Below are positions 8,701 to 16,923 of a stretch of DNA of 64,000 nt, piece by piece (the first letter of the stretch is position 1; each line of letters starts with the position of its first letter). This stretch comes from a virus. The stretch is from the IMG/VR virus record IMGVR_UViG_3300025009_000011; one strand, written 5' to 3'. Made by a program: the position numbers and the translations under genes. The notes under the pieces were generated by a model. That model did no database searches. It saw only the letters and a list, made by a program, of their open reading frames with translations, and was not told the origin of the DNA.

Positions 8701-9366
8701 TCAATCCCACCCGTATTTTTCACCGTCAGTAATCATAGCTATCTCTCTGTATATCCTTTCTGGAATATCGTTCTTTTCCCACATTGCCACGAACTCATCC
8801 GCTGTATCTAGGTAATTAGAAAAGTCGTATTTTATCGTTGGTTGAGAACCGTATGTGTAACCTTTTATTTGCTGGTGATGACCTCGTATCTGAATACCGC
8901 GTGCACCAACATTACAGAAATCAATACCTGTAAAATTGGGGAATTTTACTAATCTTTCGGTTATTGCGTTTTCAATGTACTTTAATTCCCTTAGATGATC
9001 GACGAGCATTTCTTCCCCCATGTACGGCTTATACTTAAATGTCCCTAGGTATAAGTTCTTTAAGTAATCAAACCTAACTTGGGCCTCCGGCTCGCTACCG
9101 AATAAATTTTTTTCATGGAAACTTTGGGACCAGTCGTCTAATTCTCCGTTTCTAAAAAACCTAATCATTTGATAGTGGTTACTTAGGGCGCAAGCCTTGA
9201 GGGCAGACGCGTCAGTATCTACATACCAAAAGTTTTTTCCTTCGCTTTCTGCTACTCTTTTTTGCCAATCTTCAATCTTAACTTTCCACTCACAATTCGG
9301 TTCATGTTGGTTTCTTAGTTTTCTACCATTCGTAACTTGTGTTCCGCAGTATTTACATTTAGGCAT
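8701..9366 (-). CDS. hypothetical protein
   Basis: 221-aa ORF with an N-terminal CKYCG..C motif. Confidence 0.5.
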   Translation of the reverse strand: MPKCKYCGTQVTNGRKLRNQHEPNCEWKVKIEDWQKRVAESEGKNFWYVDTDASALKACALSNHYQMIRFFRNGELDDWSQSFHEKNLFGSEPEAQVRFDYLKNLYLGTFKYKPYMGEEMLVDHLRELKYIENAITERLVKFPNFTGIDFCNVGARGIQIRGHHQQIKGYTYGSQPTIKYDFSNYLDTADEFVAMWEKNDIPERIYREIAMITDGEKYGWD

Positions 9367-9383
9367 TTAATCAATCTCCTCGC

Positions 9384-9635
9384 TTAATAAGCACTCCTCT
9401 TCCCAACTAAACTCCGCATTTGAGCGAACAGCCGCGCCATGGGATAGATGGAACCACCCAGAAATGGAATAATCCTGTTCTCTTCCGCGCGCTTCTCCTT
9501 GCGCGTTTCCTTCCTGCCACCCCAAACGAACTTTTGCACATGATGGGGTTGGGTTGATTCGATATACTCCCAATAGGATAGGCCACGGGATTTGGCGGCT
9601 TGACTGATTTGGTTGGCTGGATTGTTAGATTTCAA
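9384..9635 (-). CDS. hypothetical protein
   Basis: Preferred over the overlapping 9367-9573 frame because of its N-terminal HTH-like segment. Weak call. Confidence 0.35.
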   Translation of the reverse strand: MKSNNPANQISQAAKSRGLSYWEYIESTQPHHVQKFVWGGRKETRKEKRAEENRIIPFLGGSIYPMARLFAQMRSLVGKRSAY

Positions 9636-9650
9636 TTTGATTCACTCCTC

Positions 9651-9758
9651 CTACTTTTTTAAAGTTTCGTTAAAAAGTTGAACGTTGCGCGGGTCACTGT
9701 TACCATCCACAACCACCTTGATTCCGTTTTGAGCAACATGAACAACTTGCTTTTTCAT
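9651..9758 (-). CDS. 35-aa hypothetical peptide
   Basis: ATG follows SD GGAAAGAAGGAA. MKKQVVHVAQNGIKVVVDGNSDPRNVQLFNETLKK. Below the ORF-track size cutoff. Confidence 0.3.
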   Translation of the reverse strand: MKKQVVHVAQNGIKVVVDGNSDPRNVQLFNETLKK

Positions 9759-9787
9759 TCAAATTCCTTCTTTCCCTTAATTAATAC

Positions 9788-9811
9788 CTCGTTAAAATCC
9801 TAAAGCTAATC
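9788..9811. repeat. 24-nt direct repeat, copy 1
   Basis: CTCGTTAAAATCCTAAAGCTAATC. Its partner at 9983-10006 differs at one base. Confidence 0.7.
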
Positions 9812-9970
9812 CTTGCCCCACATCTTTCTTAACGCCCTAATTTCTTCGATGAAAATATCGATTGCCGAATCTCGCATTTCTTCAAAGGTTGGTTGGTTGA
9901 TGAGTCGCTCCTTCAGTCGAGAAACCTCTTTTTCAAGGTCTGATATGCGCCGTTCTAATGCTTTACTCAT
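9806..9970 (-). CDS. 54-aa coiled-coil protein
   Basis: MSKALERRISDLEKEVSRLKERLINQPTFEEMRDSAIDIFIEEIRALRKMWGKD. More protein-like than the + strand track ORF 9813-9998. Confidence 0.45.
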   Translation of the reverse strand: MSKALERRISDLEKEVSRLKERLINQPTFEEMRDSAIDIFIEEIRALRKMWGKD

Positions 9971-10155
9971 ACCGTTTCCCATCTCGTTAAAATCCTAAAA
10001 CTAATCTCTGCCACCCTGATAACATCCGATAAGCTAGTCCTACGCTTGAATCCAATGTTGTTGACCATAATGTCAGTCGTGGTTAGGTCCATGAGGTGTG
10101 CGAATTGGGATGTGGTTAGCGGGCCTGTAGTTTGTTCGAGGATGGATTTTAGCAT
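9967..10155 (-). CDS. small HTH-like protein
   Basis: TTSQFAHLMDLTTTDIMVNNIG. Confidence 0.4.
   Translation of the reverse strand: MLKSILEQTTGPLTTSQFAHLMDLTTTDIMVNNIGFKRRTSLSDVIRVAEISFRILTRWETV
9983..10006. repeat. 24-nt direct repeat, copy 2
   Basis: CTCGTTAAAATCCTAAAACTAATC. Confidence 0.7.
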
Positions 10156-10200
10156 GTTAGTGTCTCGCTTTCGTTGGATTTTGGCTTGCCCTACTGCATC

Positions 10201-10890
10201 TTAGAATGGTGCTTTTGGCGGCAAACTTCTGAATGATTCTGGAAAATAAGTCTGCATAAAATAAGTTTGGAGTATTTTCTTGCGTTCAGTGAAGTTCGGT
10301 ACGGCAACTACTAGTCCAACGTCGAACTGCTGCATTTTTCGCATTGCTTCAGCCTGAAATGGGGTTAGGTACGGTCTAATTGAATCTCCTTTATCTAAAC
10401 CGTGTTTCTTGCGAAATTCCTTAGCCTTCATGCCTAAAATTATCTGATTGAACATATCGGCCTCATTTGCATAGTGAAAGAACTTTGGTTCATCGTGCAT
10501 CGACTTAATGGCATCGGTGAGTTCTGGGTATTCAAGTCTGGCGATATTGAGATCCTTTAGAGCCTTTTCCATTTCGTTAAAGCGATTGATATAGGCCTCT
10601 TTGAATTGAGCTGCCTTCTTTCCGGTGAACCCCATTACAATAAAAGTGAATCCATCTTTTGTGAGTAGCACTTCAGGCTGTTTCTTGTTCTGTTCATTCT
10701 TGTATGAGGACTGCTTAAAATTACGCCGTCCGAATTCTTCGCTACAGCTGCAATTCTGTATAGCCCTGAGTACGTCCTTGTGTTCCTTGCTAAAAACTTG
10801 AGCTATATACCTGCTACTAACTATTACCGACCCATCATGTGCGTTTACCCCTAAATCAACCTCAACTTGAACAGTGACTAAATTACTCAT
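10201..10890 (-). CDS. Rha-family phage regulatory protein
   Basis: VSSRYIAQVFSKEHKDVLRAIQN. Start taken at ATG 10890 after SD GGGGAGGA. Confidence 0.75.
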   Translation of the reverse strand: MSNLVTVQVEVDLGVNAHDGSVIVSSRYIAQVFSKEHKDVLRAIQNCSCSEEFGRRNFKQSSYKNEQNKKQPEVLLTKDGFTFIVMGFTGKKAAQFKEAYINRFNEMEKALKDLNIARLEYPELTDAIKSMHDEPKFFHYANEADMFNQIILGMKAKEFRKKHGLDKGDSIRPYLTPFQAEAMRKMQQFDVGLVVAVPNFTERKKILQTYFMQTYFPESFRSLPPKAPF

Positions 10891-11206
10891 GTTTGTCCTC
10901 CCCATTCGTTACGCCTTCCTCAATACTGACCTGTAAAAACTCTAAATCCTGCACCTGCTTCTTTAGTGACGAAATCTTCTCGCCGATCATCGCATTCAAG
11001 AAGAAAGCTGAACTCGCCTTATGTGTTAATGAGTGATTGTTGAGCACTTGATGGACGAACTGCCTACTAACTCCATACTTTTCGGCAATACTTCCGCCGT
11101 TGTAGCCTGTCAGTCTCTTAAATTCTTCTACTAATTCCTTCTCGATTGCCTCCACCTCCTTGACGAAACGATTCCAAAACATACTTTTTTTAAGACTTTT
11201 TTGCAA
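10883..11206 (-). CDS. HTH DNA-binding protein
   Basis: GGSIAEKYGVSRQFVHQVLNN. Confidence 0.55.
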   Translation of the reverse strand: MQKSLKKSMFWNRFVKEVEAIEKELVEEFKRLTGYNGGSIAEKYGVSRQFVHQVLNNHSLTHKASSAFFLNAMIGEKISSLKKQVQDLEFLQVSIEEGVTNGEDKHE

Positions 11207-11385
11207 ATTTGTAATAATTTAATTGAAAAGGCTATTGACCAAGCTATTGTTTATGGTGTATATTAGACACAGTTAAACAAGAGCGTAGCAAACAAGCCCC
11301 TTGGACTACGGGAAGGTTGAACTCAGGTATTGAAGTACCTGAATCGTTCTGTGGTGGGACGAAAAATTACTCAGAGCAACGTTGC

Positions 11386-11892
11386 TCAAGTGCGGGGCAT
11401 ATTCTCGTTCCTACAATCTGGTAAATTGTTGGTGTGGGAGTATGCCAAACTCATTTCTGCGTTACGATAAGCTAGAGATGCTTCGTGCTCGTCGGAGTAA
11501 AGACCCAAATATTTGCGTGTACCGTTTATCTCTATTCGAGCTAGCCATTTCTTTCTGTTTTTTTGCCAAGTAACGCCTGAATATTTTGAAGACTTAACCC
11601 CATGTATATTCTGCATATTTTGTCTACGAGTTACATGTCTTAAGTTATGGCACTGATTATTTAGTCCATCTCCGTCTACGTGGTCAATCTCTAAACCTTC
11701 TTTTTTGCCTAATAATTGTTGGTGCATACGAATTAATGTCGCTTTTCCATTCGTGCTAATACTTCTACAGGCATAGTAAGTGTTGTGGCCTTTATGGGCG
11801 CACCATTTATACTTGCTTAACTCACCAAAGTCCTTATCATCCACAACGGTAAACTTACCCTGGGTCAATGGTATCATTTTAATTTTTACCAC
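11386..11892 (-). CDS. HNH endonuclease with AP2 DNA-binding domain
   Basis: IDHVDGDGLNNQCHNLRHVTRRQN, then SKYSGVTWQKNRKKWLARIEINGTRKYLGLY. Confidence 0.8.
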   Translation of the reverse strand: MVKIKMIPLTQGKFTVVDDKDFGELSKYKWCAHKGHNTYYACRSISTNGKATLIRMHQQLLGKKEGLEIDHVDGDGLNNQCHNLRHVTRRQNMQNIHGVKSSKYSGVTWQKNRKKWLARIEINGTRKYLGLYSDEHEASLAYRNAEMSLAYSHTNNLPDCRNENMPRT

Positions 11893-12036
11893 CTCCTTTC
11901 AACTACTGGTAATAATTGAGGAGGAAGTTGATTCATGATAACTTTAACAATGATGTTTTCCTTCTGCTTGCGTGGTAAGTGCAATCGGAAGGCTTGTTTA
12001 AGGTTAAAGAACTTTTTAAAAGAGAAAAAGAAAGGT

Positions 12037-12243
12037 TTACACCGTTTGAAATAGACAGGCAACTTCGATTTCAAGAGCTTCAGCTACCCTTCTGAGCGAT
12101 CTTATGCTTGGATCACACTTATCATTTTCAATGTCACTCAAAGTATTCCCTTTGAGCTTTGCGCGTTCTCCAAGCTCGCTTAATGTCCACGCTTTCTTAT
12201 TCCGATATTTGCGAACTTGGCTACCGATTGTCAATCCATCCAC
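12037..12243 (-). CDS. Cro-like XRE-family HTH regulator
   Basis: IGSQVRKYRNKKAWTLSELGERAKLKGNTLSDIEN. Divergent from the cI-like gene. Confidence 0.75.
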   Translation of the reverse strand: MDGLTIGSQVRKYRNKKAWTLSELGERAKLKGNTLSDIENDKCDPSIRSLRRVAEALEIEVACLFQTV

Positions 12244-12449
12244 CCCCTTTTAAAGTAATACCGAATAACTTGATTTCGGAGTTCTAGACTATCAATCCAG
12301 AACATACACCTATTATATATCGGAGACAACGACAAAGCAAGCTTAAAAGTAGTCAATTTCGGTATAACCGGAAAAATATTTTAATTTCAGTTATAACGAA
12401 TATATCTAGGTGGAAATACTAATAATTAGATAATACTTTACATGAATGG
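12244..12449. promoter_or_regulatory. immunity switch intergenic region with TTCGG/CCGAA operator-like repeats
   Basis: CCGAA-N9-TTCGG at 12261-12279 and TTCGGTATAACCGGAA at 12358-12373, between divergent XRE genes. Confidence 0.5.
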
Positions 12450-12845
12450 ATGGTGTGTCAAATGGACTACGGCCACAAGATTAGATATATCAGGGAAACA
12501 GTGAGAGGAATGACGCTTGCCGACCTGCGCGACTTAACTGGTTTTTCCTTGTCTTATCTGTCTGATGCAGAAACAGGAAAGAGCAACATGTCAATTAAGG
12601 CTTTGGAAAAGGTTGCTGCAGCCCTCGGCGTCGATTCGGCATATCTCCTGGACAACAACATCATGTCCCTACGCAAACTAACCGAGTTAAATAACGTTGA
12701 TATACCAGATGATGTAATAGAGTTCTTCGCCAAACAGGAAAGCTTGCCATATGCTATGCTAGCGAAGGACTTACACGCAGAACAAATAGACCCCATCTTC
12801 CTTCGCGAACTCCTAGAGTCAATAAAGAAAATGAAGTCAAAATAA
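12450..12845 (+). CDS. cI-like XRE-family repressor
   Basis: HKIRYIRETVRGMTLADLRDLTGFSLSYLSDAETGK plus a C-terminal domain. ATG 12462 is an alternative start. Confidence 0.75.
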   Translation: MVCQMDYGHKIRYIRETVRGMTLADLRDLTGFSLSYLSDAETGKSNMSIKALEKVAAALGVDSAYLLDNNIMSLRKLTELNNVDIPDDVIEFFAKQESLPYAMLAKDLHAEQIDPIFLRELLESIKKMKSK

Positions 12846-12855
12846 TGTCAAGATT

Positions 12856-12897
12856 AGTGAATATTTTGCATAAATAAAGCATGTATTCACTTTTTTG
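12856..12897 (+). terminator. intrinsic terminator after repressor gene
   Basis: AGTGAATA (12856-12863) pairs with TATTCACT (12884-12891), followed by TTTTTT. Confidence 0.55.
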
Positions 12898-13017
12898 TGC
12901 CTATTTTTAAACATGCTGTGATATGCAGTCGATAATCTGTCTTATTGCACCCCCTTAATTAATTACCCCTATGCTGTATCATAAATATAACGCTATAGGA
13001 AAGGAAGTTTTGATGTT

Positions 13018-13227
13018 GTGGTTGTTGCAAAAGATTTGGGGGGATATTTCAATTATGTAGTCGTTGATGAGGATTTGGTATTAGTAGATCCTGGGTACAT
13101 GCAGGAGTACATGGAGAGTCACCCGGAAAAACAATCATTCTTTAAGAGAAGGCCTATGCTATACAAACTTATCAAGATAGCTGGCTGTATTTATGCTGTA
13201 GGCGTAGTAGCTCACATTATTCTATGA
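13018..13227 (+). CDS. small membrane-anchored protein
   Basis: GTG start and a C-terminal hydrophobic helix. The N-terminus is paralogous to 25447-25623. Confidence 0.45.
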   Translation: MVVAKDLGGYFNYVVVDEDLVLVDPGYMQEYMESHPEKQSFFKRRPMLYKLIKIAGCIYAVGVVAHIIL

Positions 13228-13412
13228 GTCTTGAAGGATAAGGGAAATCACCTGTCGAATTAGAGAGAAAAGGAAAGACCTCCTCGAACTACCCACCGCC
13301 AAAGTGATTGTTCGAAGAGGCCCTCGACAGGAATCTATATGTGCTTTAATTTAGTATAAAACACATTCTTACTTCTGTCATCCTTTAATTTGGTTTGATG
13401 GGAGTTTTTTTA

Positions 13413-13916
13413 ATGCAAGAGAAAAGACAGAAGACCATTTTACGCAAAAACAAAGATAGAGAAAACCCTTATGTAATGATCGCCAAGGATATTATGCAGG
13501 AAGAAGGATTGAGCTTTAAGGCCAGGGGGATAATGGCTTACCTACTGAGCCTACCCGATGACTGGGTTCTTCATATGAGCGAACTAGAAAAAAGATCAAA
13601 GAAAGACGGTCGGGAAAGGATAGCTAGTGGAATTAAGGAGTTAATTGAATTTGGATACATAACCAGAATACAGGAAAGGAGCGAATCCGGGAAGTGGGGG
13701 ACCATGGTTTATCTCATTAACGAGATACCAAACCCAATGGAACCAACTACTCCGACCGCAAACGGCTTTCCCGCAAACGGTTTACCCGTAAACGAAAAAA
13801 CCGCAGCTACTAATACACATACTACTAATACAAATTTAACTAAAAAAATTAATAATAAAAAGGATTCAACGAAGAAGGATGACAGAAAATCCAAGTATGA
13901 GAAGTTTTATCTATAG
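13413..13916 (+). CDS. winged-helix (replication-initiator/DnaD-N-like) DNA-binding protein with low-complexity tail
   Basis: LSFKARGIMAYLLSLPDDWVLHMSELEKRSKKDGRERIASGIKELIEFGYI. ATG 13413 follows GGGAG. Confidence 0.5.
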   Translation: MQEKRQKTILRKNKDRENPYVMIAKDIMQEEGLSFKARGIMAYLLSLPDDWVLHMSELEKRSKKDGRERIASGIKELIEFGYITRIQERSESGKWGTMVYLINEIPNPMEPTTPTANGFPANGLPVNEKTAATNTHTTNTNLTKKINNKKDSTKKDDRKSKYEKFYL

Positions 13917-13924
13917 GGGGAATT

Positions 13925-14479
13925 ATGATGTACTTAACGCTCAAGGATTGTGCCGAATTAGCGCACATCAATGTTTCGTCGGCCCGCTTCTATAAAGACA
14001 AGGAGGAGTTCAGAAATTACTTCAAAACATCAGGAGAAGGTAAAAAGATTAAGTACGAGCAGGATTCAACCGTAGAACTACTTTCGTTTATCAGTAAATC
14101 ATATGCGGAAGGACTTGACGCAGATCAAATTGTCGAGCTGATGGATAGTAGATTTGGTATGATAGTTACCGACCTAGCAACGCAAGAACCGGATAACAAC
14201 ACCGAGACAACGCAACAAGAAGATTTAGTGCATAGTCTTCGTCATGTTTTACTCGAAGAACTAGCTAAGCAGAACCACATTATACTAAAACTTCAAGATG
14301 AGCTTGAGAATATGAAGGCGGAATTTAAGGAAGGGCTTGCAGGACTCTATGAGAAGGTTGAGAATGGACATAGGGACGCAGAATCCAGGGACCTCGAGGT
14401 AATGCAGAAGCTCAATGATATTAAGTTAATACAACAGCAGCGCAATAAGAGGACCTGGTGGAAATTCTTCAGCAAGTAA
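13925..14479 (+). CDS. MerR-like HTH plus coiled-coil protein
   Basis: YLTLKDCAELAHINVSSARFYKD at the N-terminus. Confidence 0.4.
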   Translation: MMYLTLKDCAELAHINVSSARFYKDKEEFRNYFKTSGEGKKIKYEQDSTVELLSFISKSYAEGLDADQIVELMDSRFGMIVTDLATQEPDNNTETTQQEDLVHSLRHVLLEELAKQNHIILKLQDELENMKAEFKEGLAGLYEKVENGHRDAESRDLEVMQKLNDIKLIQQQRNKRTWWKFFSK

Positions 14480-14542
14480 CTGGTCATATTTCTTGAAAAC
14501 TCCCATAAATATATATCAAGTTGATATGAGGGAGGTTGCTCA

Positions 14543-14758
14543 ATGGAAAAGAAAAAGAAGCCAGCACTAATCCACTTCTCCACCCCACTCTTGAAGGATT
14601 TAGACGCTTATGCGAAGGGTTGCGGTATAAGCAGGAACGCAGCAGTTAATTTAGCTTGTTCAGAATTATTAGGTGAAACAGAACGGCTGAAGGAAGAGGC
14701 AGACCGATTGCGGTCCCTTGTGCTAAAGTTAGCAATGTCAAAGGGGGAGCAGGTATGA
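14543..14758 (+). CDS. ribbon-helix-helix protein
   Basis: KKPALIHFSTPLLKDLDAYAKGCGISRNAAVNLACSELL. Confidence 0.55.
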   Translation: MEKKKKPALIHFSTPLLKDLDAYAKGCGISRNAAVNLACSELLGETERLKEEADRLRSLVLKLAMSKGEQV

Positions 14759-14889
14759 CTTGGATTACCTTAGTGATTGTATTCGGTCCGCTCTTATTCA
14801 TTTTCATGCTGCCTGAACATCATGAGGCTGTTCCTATATTCCAACCCAAGAGGCGCAAGAGGGGTTATAGGATTAGACGAACATTATAA
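14755..14889 (+). CDS. 44-aa membrane peptide
   Basis: ATGA overlap with the upstream stop. MTWITLVIVFGPLLFIFMLPEHH..KRRKRGYRIRRTL. Confidence 0.4.
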   Translation: MTWITLVIVFGPLLFIFMLPEHHEAVPIFQPKRRKRGYRIRRTL

Positions 14890-15030
14890 CAACATGATAT
14901 AGGGCATTGTTCGGATAGCCTCCCTCAAGCCCTTGTAGATTGTGCTAAAAGTGGCATATTAGGCAGGGATAAGTTAAGTAGGGGAGAGTGGGGGAGCGAA
15001 ATATCCGAACGATAGTAACTGAAATAGATA

Positions 15031-15059
15031 ATACCATCCGAGCTGGATGGTATTTGTTT
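15031..15059. terminator. bidirectional terminator between convergent blocks
   Basis: ATACCATCC pairs with GGATGGTAT (9 bp), followed by TTTGTTTG. Confidence 0.6.
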
Positions 15060-15062
15060 GTG

Positions 15063-15311
15063 CTATTCTTTATAAGGCCATATCCATCCTTCGTCATCGT
15101 GTATAACCTCAACTACGTATTCATCCAGACCTAATGATGGCATTGTGTTCCTATTTTCATATATTATGGCATGACCTAAATCATCAGAGAAGCAATCATC
15201 ACCCGTTAATTCCCTTAAATATTCTTCCTTCCCATTGACTAATAGTCCTATTGCATACTTCTTGACTTCACTAGTTGCATTTTTATTAATTTCCGCGTTA
15301 ATCTCATTCAT
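15063..15311 (-). CDS. hypothetical protein
   Basis: 82-aa ORF after SD GGGGTGAAGAGGG. Confidence 0.5.
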   Translation of the reverse strand: MNEINAEINKNATSEVKKYAIGLLVNGKEEYLRELTGDDCFSDDLGHAIIYENRNTMPSLGLDEYVVEVIHDDEGWIWPYKE

Positions 15312-15334
15312 CCCTCTTCACCCCTACAATATTC

Positions 15335-15470
15335 TCAGTCCATCAACCTACCTACAGTAATAGGTTTATTGCATTTAGGACATAAATTCAAATCATCATC
15401 CCTATGGATATATTTAAAGAACTTCTCGTTCCTTGACACAACTCTGCTTTCTCCGCAATTGCTTTTATAT
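15335..15470 (-). pseudogene. 3' part of a 52-aa zinc-ribbon gene split by the TnpB element (5' part 16958-16980)
   Basis: Joining 16980-16958 to 15470-15335 gives MPEYCKWLYKSNCGESRVVSRNEKFFKYIHRDDDLNLCPKCNKPITVGRLMD, with an SD upstream of 16980. Confidence 0.6.
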
Positions 15471-15479
15471 AACCATTTG

Positions 15480-15640
15480 TTATGATCTTTGAACCTCCCT
15501 CCGCTTTAGAAGCGGGGGATTCTTGGGAACACCTCAACCAATGTTGAAGTTTAACTAAGCTATCCCTGTAGTCCCTACAGTTCTTTAGCACTATGCTAAT
15601 AGTCGAAGCCCTTCGGCAAGTATGTTCTTTGCCGCATTTA
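15480..15640 (-). ncRNA. candidate TnpB omega (right-end) RNA scaffold
   Basis: Dense stems at and after the tnpB stop: 15566-15580 CTGTAG/CTACAG, 15532-15549 and 15495-15518. Exact ends not determined. Confidence 0.5.
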
Positions 15641-16685
15641 AGTCTCTGTCGTGTTCAGTATGGCAACTTGGGCATTCCCATGTTCTAAGATTCAAATTTT
15701 TAACTTCCTTGTTGCGATAGCCACAACATGAACAAAGTTGGCTTGATGGGAATGTCCTGCCTATCACTGAAACGATTCGCCCATACCATTTGGATTTATA
15801 TTCTAACATGGTACGAAATTCAGACCAACCAACATCTGCAATAGATTTAGCAAGTTTATGATTTTTGATCATGTTGCTAGTTTGCAAATCTTCAATGCAA
15901 ATGATTTGGTTGTTCCGAATCACCTCAGTAGATAATTTTTGCAAGAAGTCACGCCGACAATTAGCTATCTTTTCATGATGTTTGGCAAGCTTGACTCTAG
16001 CCTTATTGCGGTTTTTGCTACCCTTTTGTTTTCGGGATAGTGAACGTTGGAGCTTGGTAAGTTTTTTCTCCATCTTGCGGTAATATTTTGGATTGTGCAT
16101 CTTCTCTCCGGTTGATAAAATGGCAAAATCCTTAATACCTAAGTCGATGCCGACGAATTGATTGACTTCCGGTAATAATTCAATTTCAGTATCGACTAAT
16201 ATGGATACAAAATATTTACCTGAAGGATTACGCCTAACGGTGGCACTAATGATCTGACCATCAACTTCTCTAGATTTAGCAAATTTAACGAATCCTAGCT
16301 TTGGTAATTTAACCATATTATCGACTATTCGTATATTAGAATTAGTGCATTTACTTGTATATGACTGAACCGGATTGCGTTTTGATTTGAATTTAGGATA
16401 CCCAGTCTTTTCCTTAAAGAACTTTTGATACGCAAAATCTAAATCTTTCAAGGTGGATTGCAATGATGTAGAATCTGGTTCTTTTAGCCATTCAAATTCT
16501 TTCTTTAATTTAGTCAGCATTGCGGAACATCCATTGTAGTTGATAGTTGCATCATATATTTCATAGGCGTTTTTGCGTTCATTCAAAAAGTGATTGTATA
16601 CAAAACGATTACATCCAATAGTTTTGGCTATTAATACTTGCTGCTCATTACTTGGATACAACCTAAATTTAAACGCTTTATGCAA
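15591..16685 (-). CDS. tnpB: RNA-guided endonuclease TnpB (IS200/IS605 OrfB)
   Basis: [11 protein letters not shown] start, [10 protein letters not shown] RuvC-I motif, and zinc finger [32 protein letters not shown] start after GGAGGTG. Confidence 0.9.
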   Translation of the reverse strand: MHKAFKFRLYPSNEQQVLIAKTIGCNRFVYNHFLNERKNAYEIYDATINYNGCSAMLTKLKKEFEWLKEPDSTSLQSTLKDLDFAYQKFFKEKTGYPKFKSKRNPVQSYTSKCTNSNIRIVDNMVKLPKLGFVKFAKSREVDGQIISATVRRNPSGKYFVSILVDTEIELLPEVNQFVGIDLGIKDFAILSTGEKMHNPKYYRKMEKKLTKLQRSLSRKQKGSKNRNKARVKLAKHHEKIANCRRDFLQKLSTEVIRNNQIICIEDLQTSNMIKNHKLAKSIADVGWSEFRTMLEYKSKWYGRIVSVIGRTFPSSQLCSCCGYRNKEVKNLNLRTWECPSCHTEHDRDLNAAKNILAEGLRLLA

Positions 16686-16704
16686 TTGACTAACACCTCC
16701 TTTC

Positions 16705-16744
16705 TTGATACACTAATTATAGCACGTAATTACGTGCAAAACAA
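16705..16744. promoter_or_regulatory. divergent tnpB/RHH promoters with 16-bp perfect palindrome
   Basis: GCACGTAATTACGTGC at 16722-16737 lies in the spacer of the leftward promoter (TTGTTT 16739-16744 rc, 17 nt, TATAAT 16716-16721 rc). Rightward -35 is TTGATA 16705-16710. Confidence 0.55.
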
Positions 16745-16760
16745 GAAGGAAGTGCTAGTT

Positions 16761-16913
16761 ATGAGAGTTAAATTCACGACTACTTTAGATTCTGAATTAC
16801 TGGAAAAGATTAAGATTCGGGCCATTAAGGAAAAAACAGATGTTAGCAAGATACTTGAAACGTTGATTGAGAAGTACCTAACGGAAGGGATCGACGATTC
16901 ATCTCCCACCTAA
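16761..16913 (+). CDS. ribbon-helix-helix small DNA-binding protein, paralog 3 (inside the IS element)
   Basis: ATG 16761 follows AGGAAG. MRVKFTTTLDSELLEKIKIRAIKEKTDVSKILETLIEKYL. Confidence 0.65.
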   Translation: MRVKFTTTLDSELLEKIKIRAIKEKTDVSKILETLIEKYLTEGIDDSSPT

Positions 16914-16923
16914 GAGGTGGGAG
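16903..16923. terminator. hairpin: RHH terminator and candidate IS left-end hairpin
   Basis: CTCCCACCT-AAG-AGGTGGGAG, with the stop codon in the loop. Confidence 0.5.

Noticed and set aside
9813-9998. 61-aa + strand track ORF
   Set aside because: The opposite strand encodes a clean 54-aa coiled-coil ORF that is coupled to its neighbours in the leftward operon.
11221-11385. Possible + strand sRNA (TTGACC..TATATT promoter-like hexamers, hairpin TCAGGTA/TACCTGA) between the HTH gene and the HNH-AP2 gene
   Set aside because: The spacer is 18 nt, no terminator follows, and the region must also hold the leftward promoter. I cannot support it without expression data.
11886-12074. 62-aa - strand track ORF between the Cro-like and HNH-AP2 genes
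   Set aside because: It overlaps the Cro-like gene's 3' end, and its sequence is Lys/Phe-rich and low in complexity with no SD. It is probably intergenic.
14543-14889. RHH gene plus overlapping 44-aa membrane peptide read as an antitoxin-toxin pair
   Set aside because: The gene order and ATGA coupling are compatible. However, the peptide has a strongly basic tail, there is no other TA hallmark, and I have no way to test toxicity here. I left them as plain CDS calls.
15388-15591. 67-aa track ORF immediately downstream of tnpB
   Set aside because: It lies exactly where the omega-RNA scaffold is expected and is full of stem-loops. It has no SD. Part of it (15335-15470, in another frame) is the displaced 3' half of the split zinc-ribbon gene.
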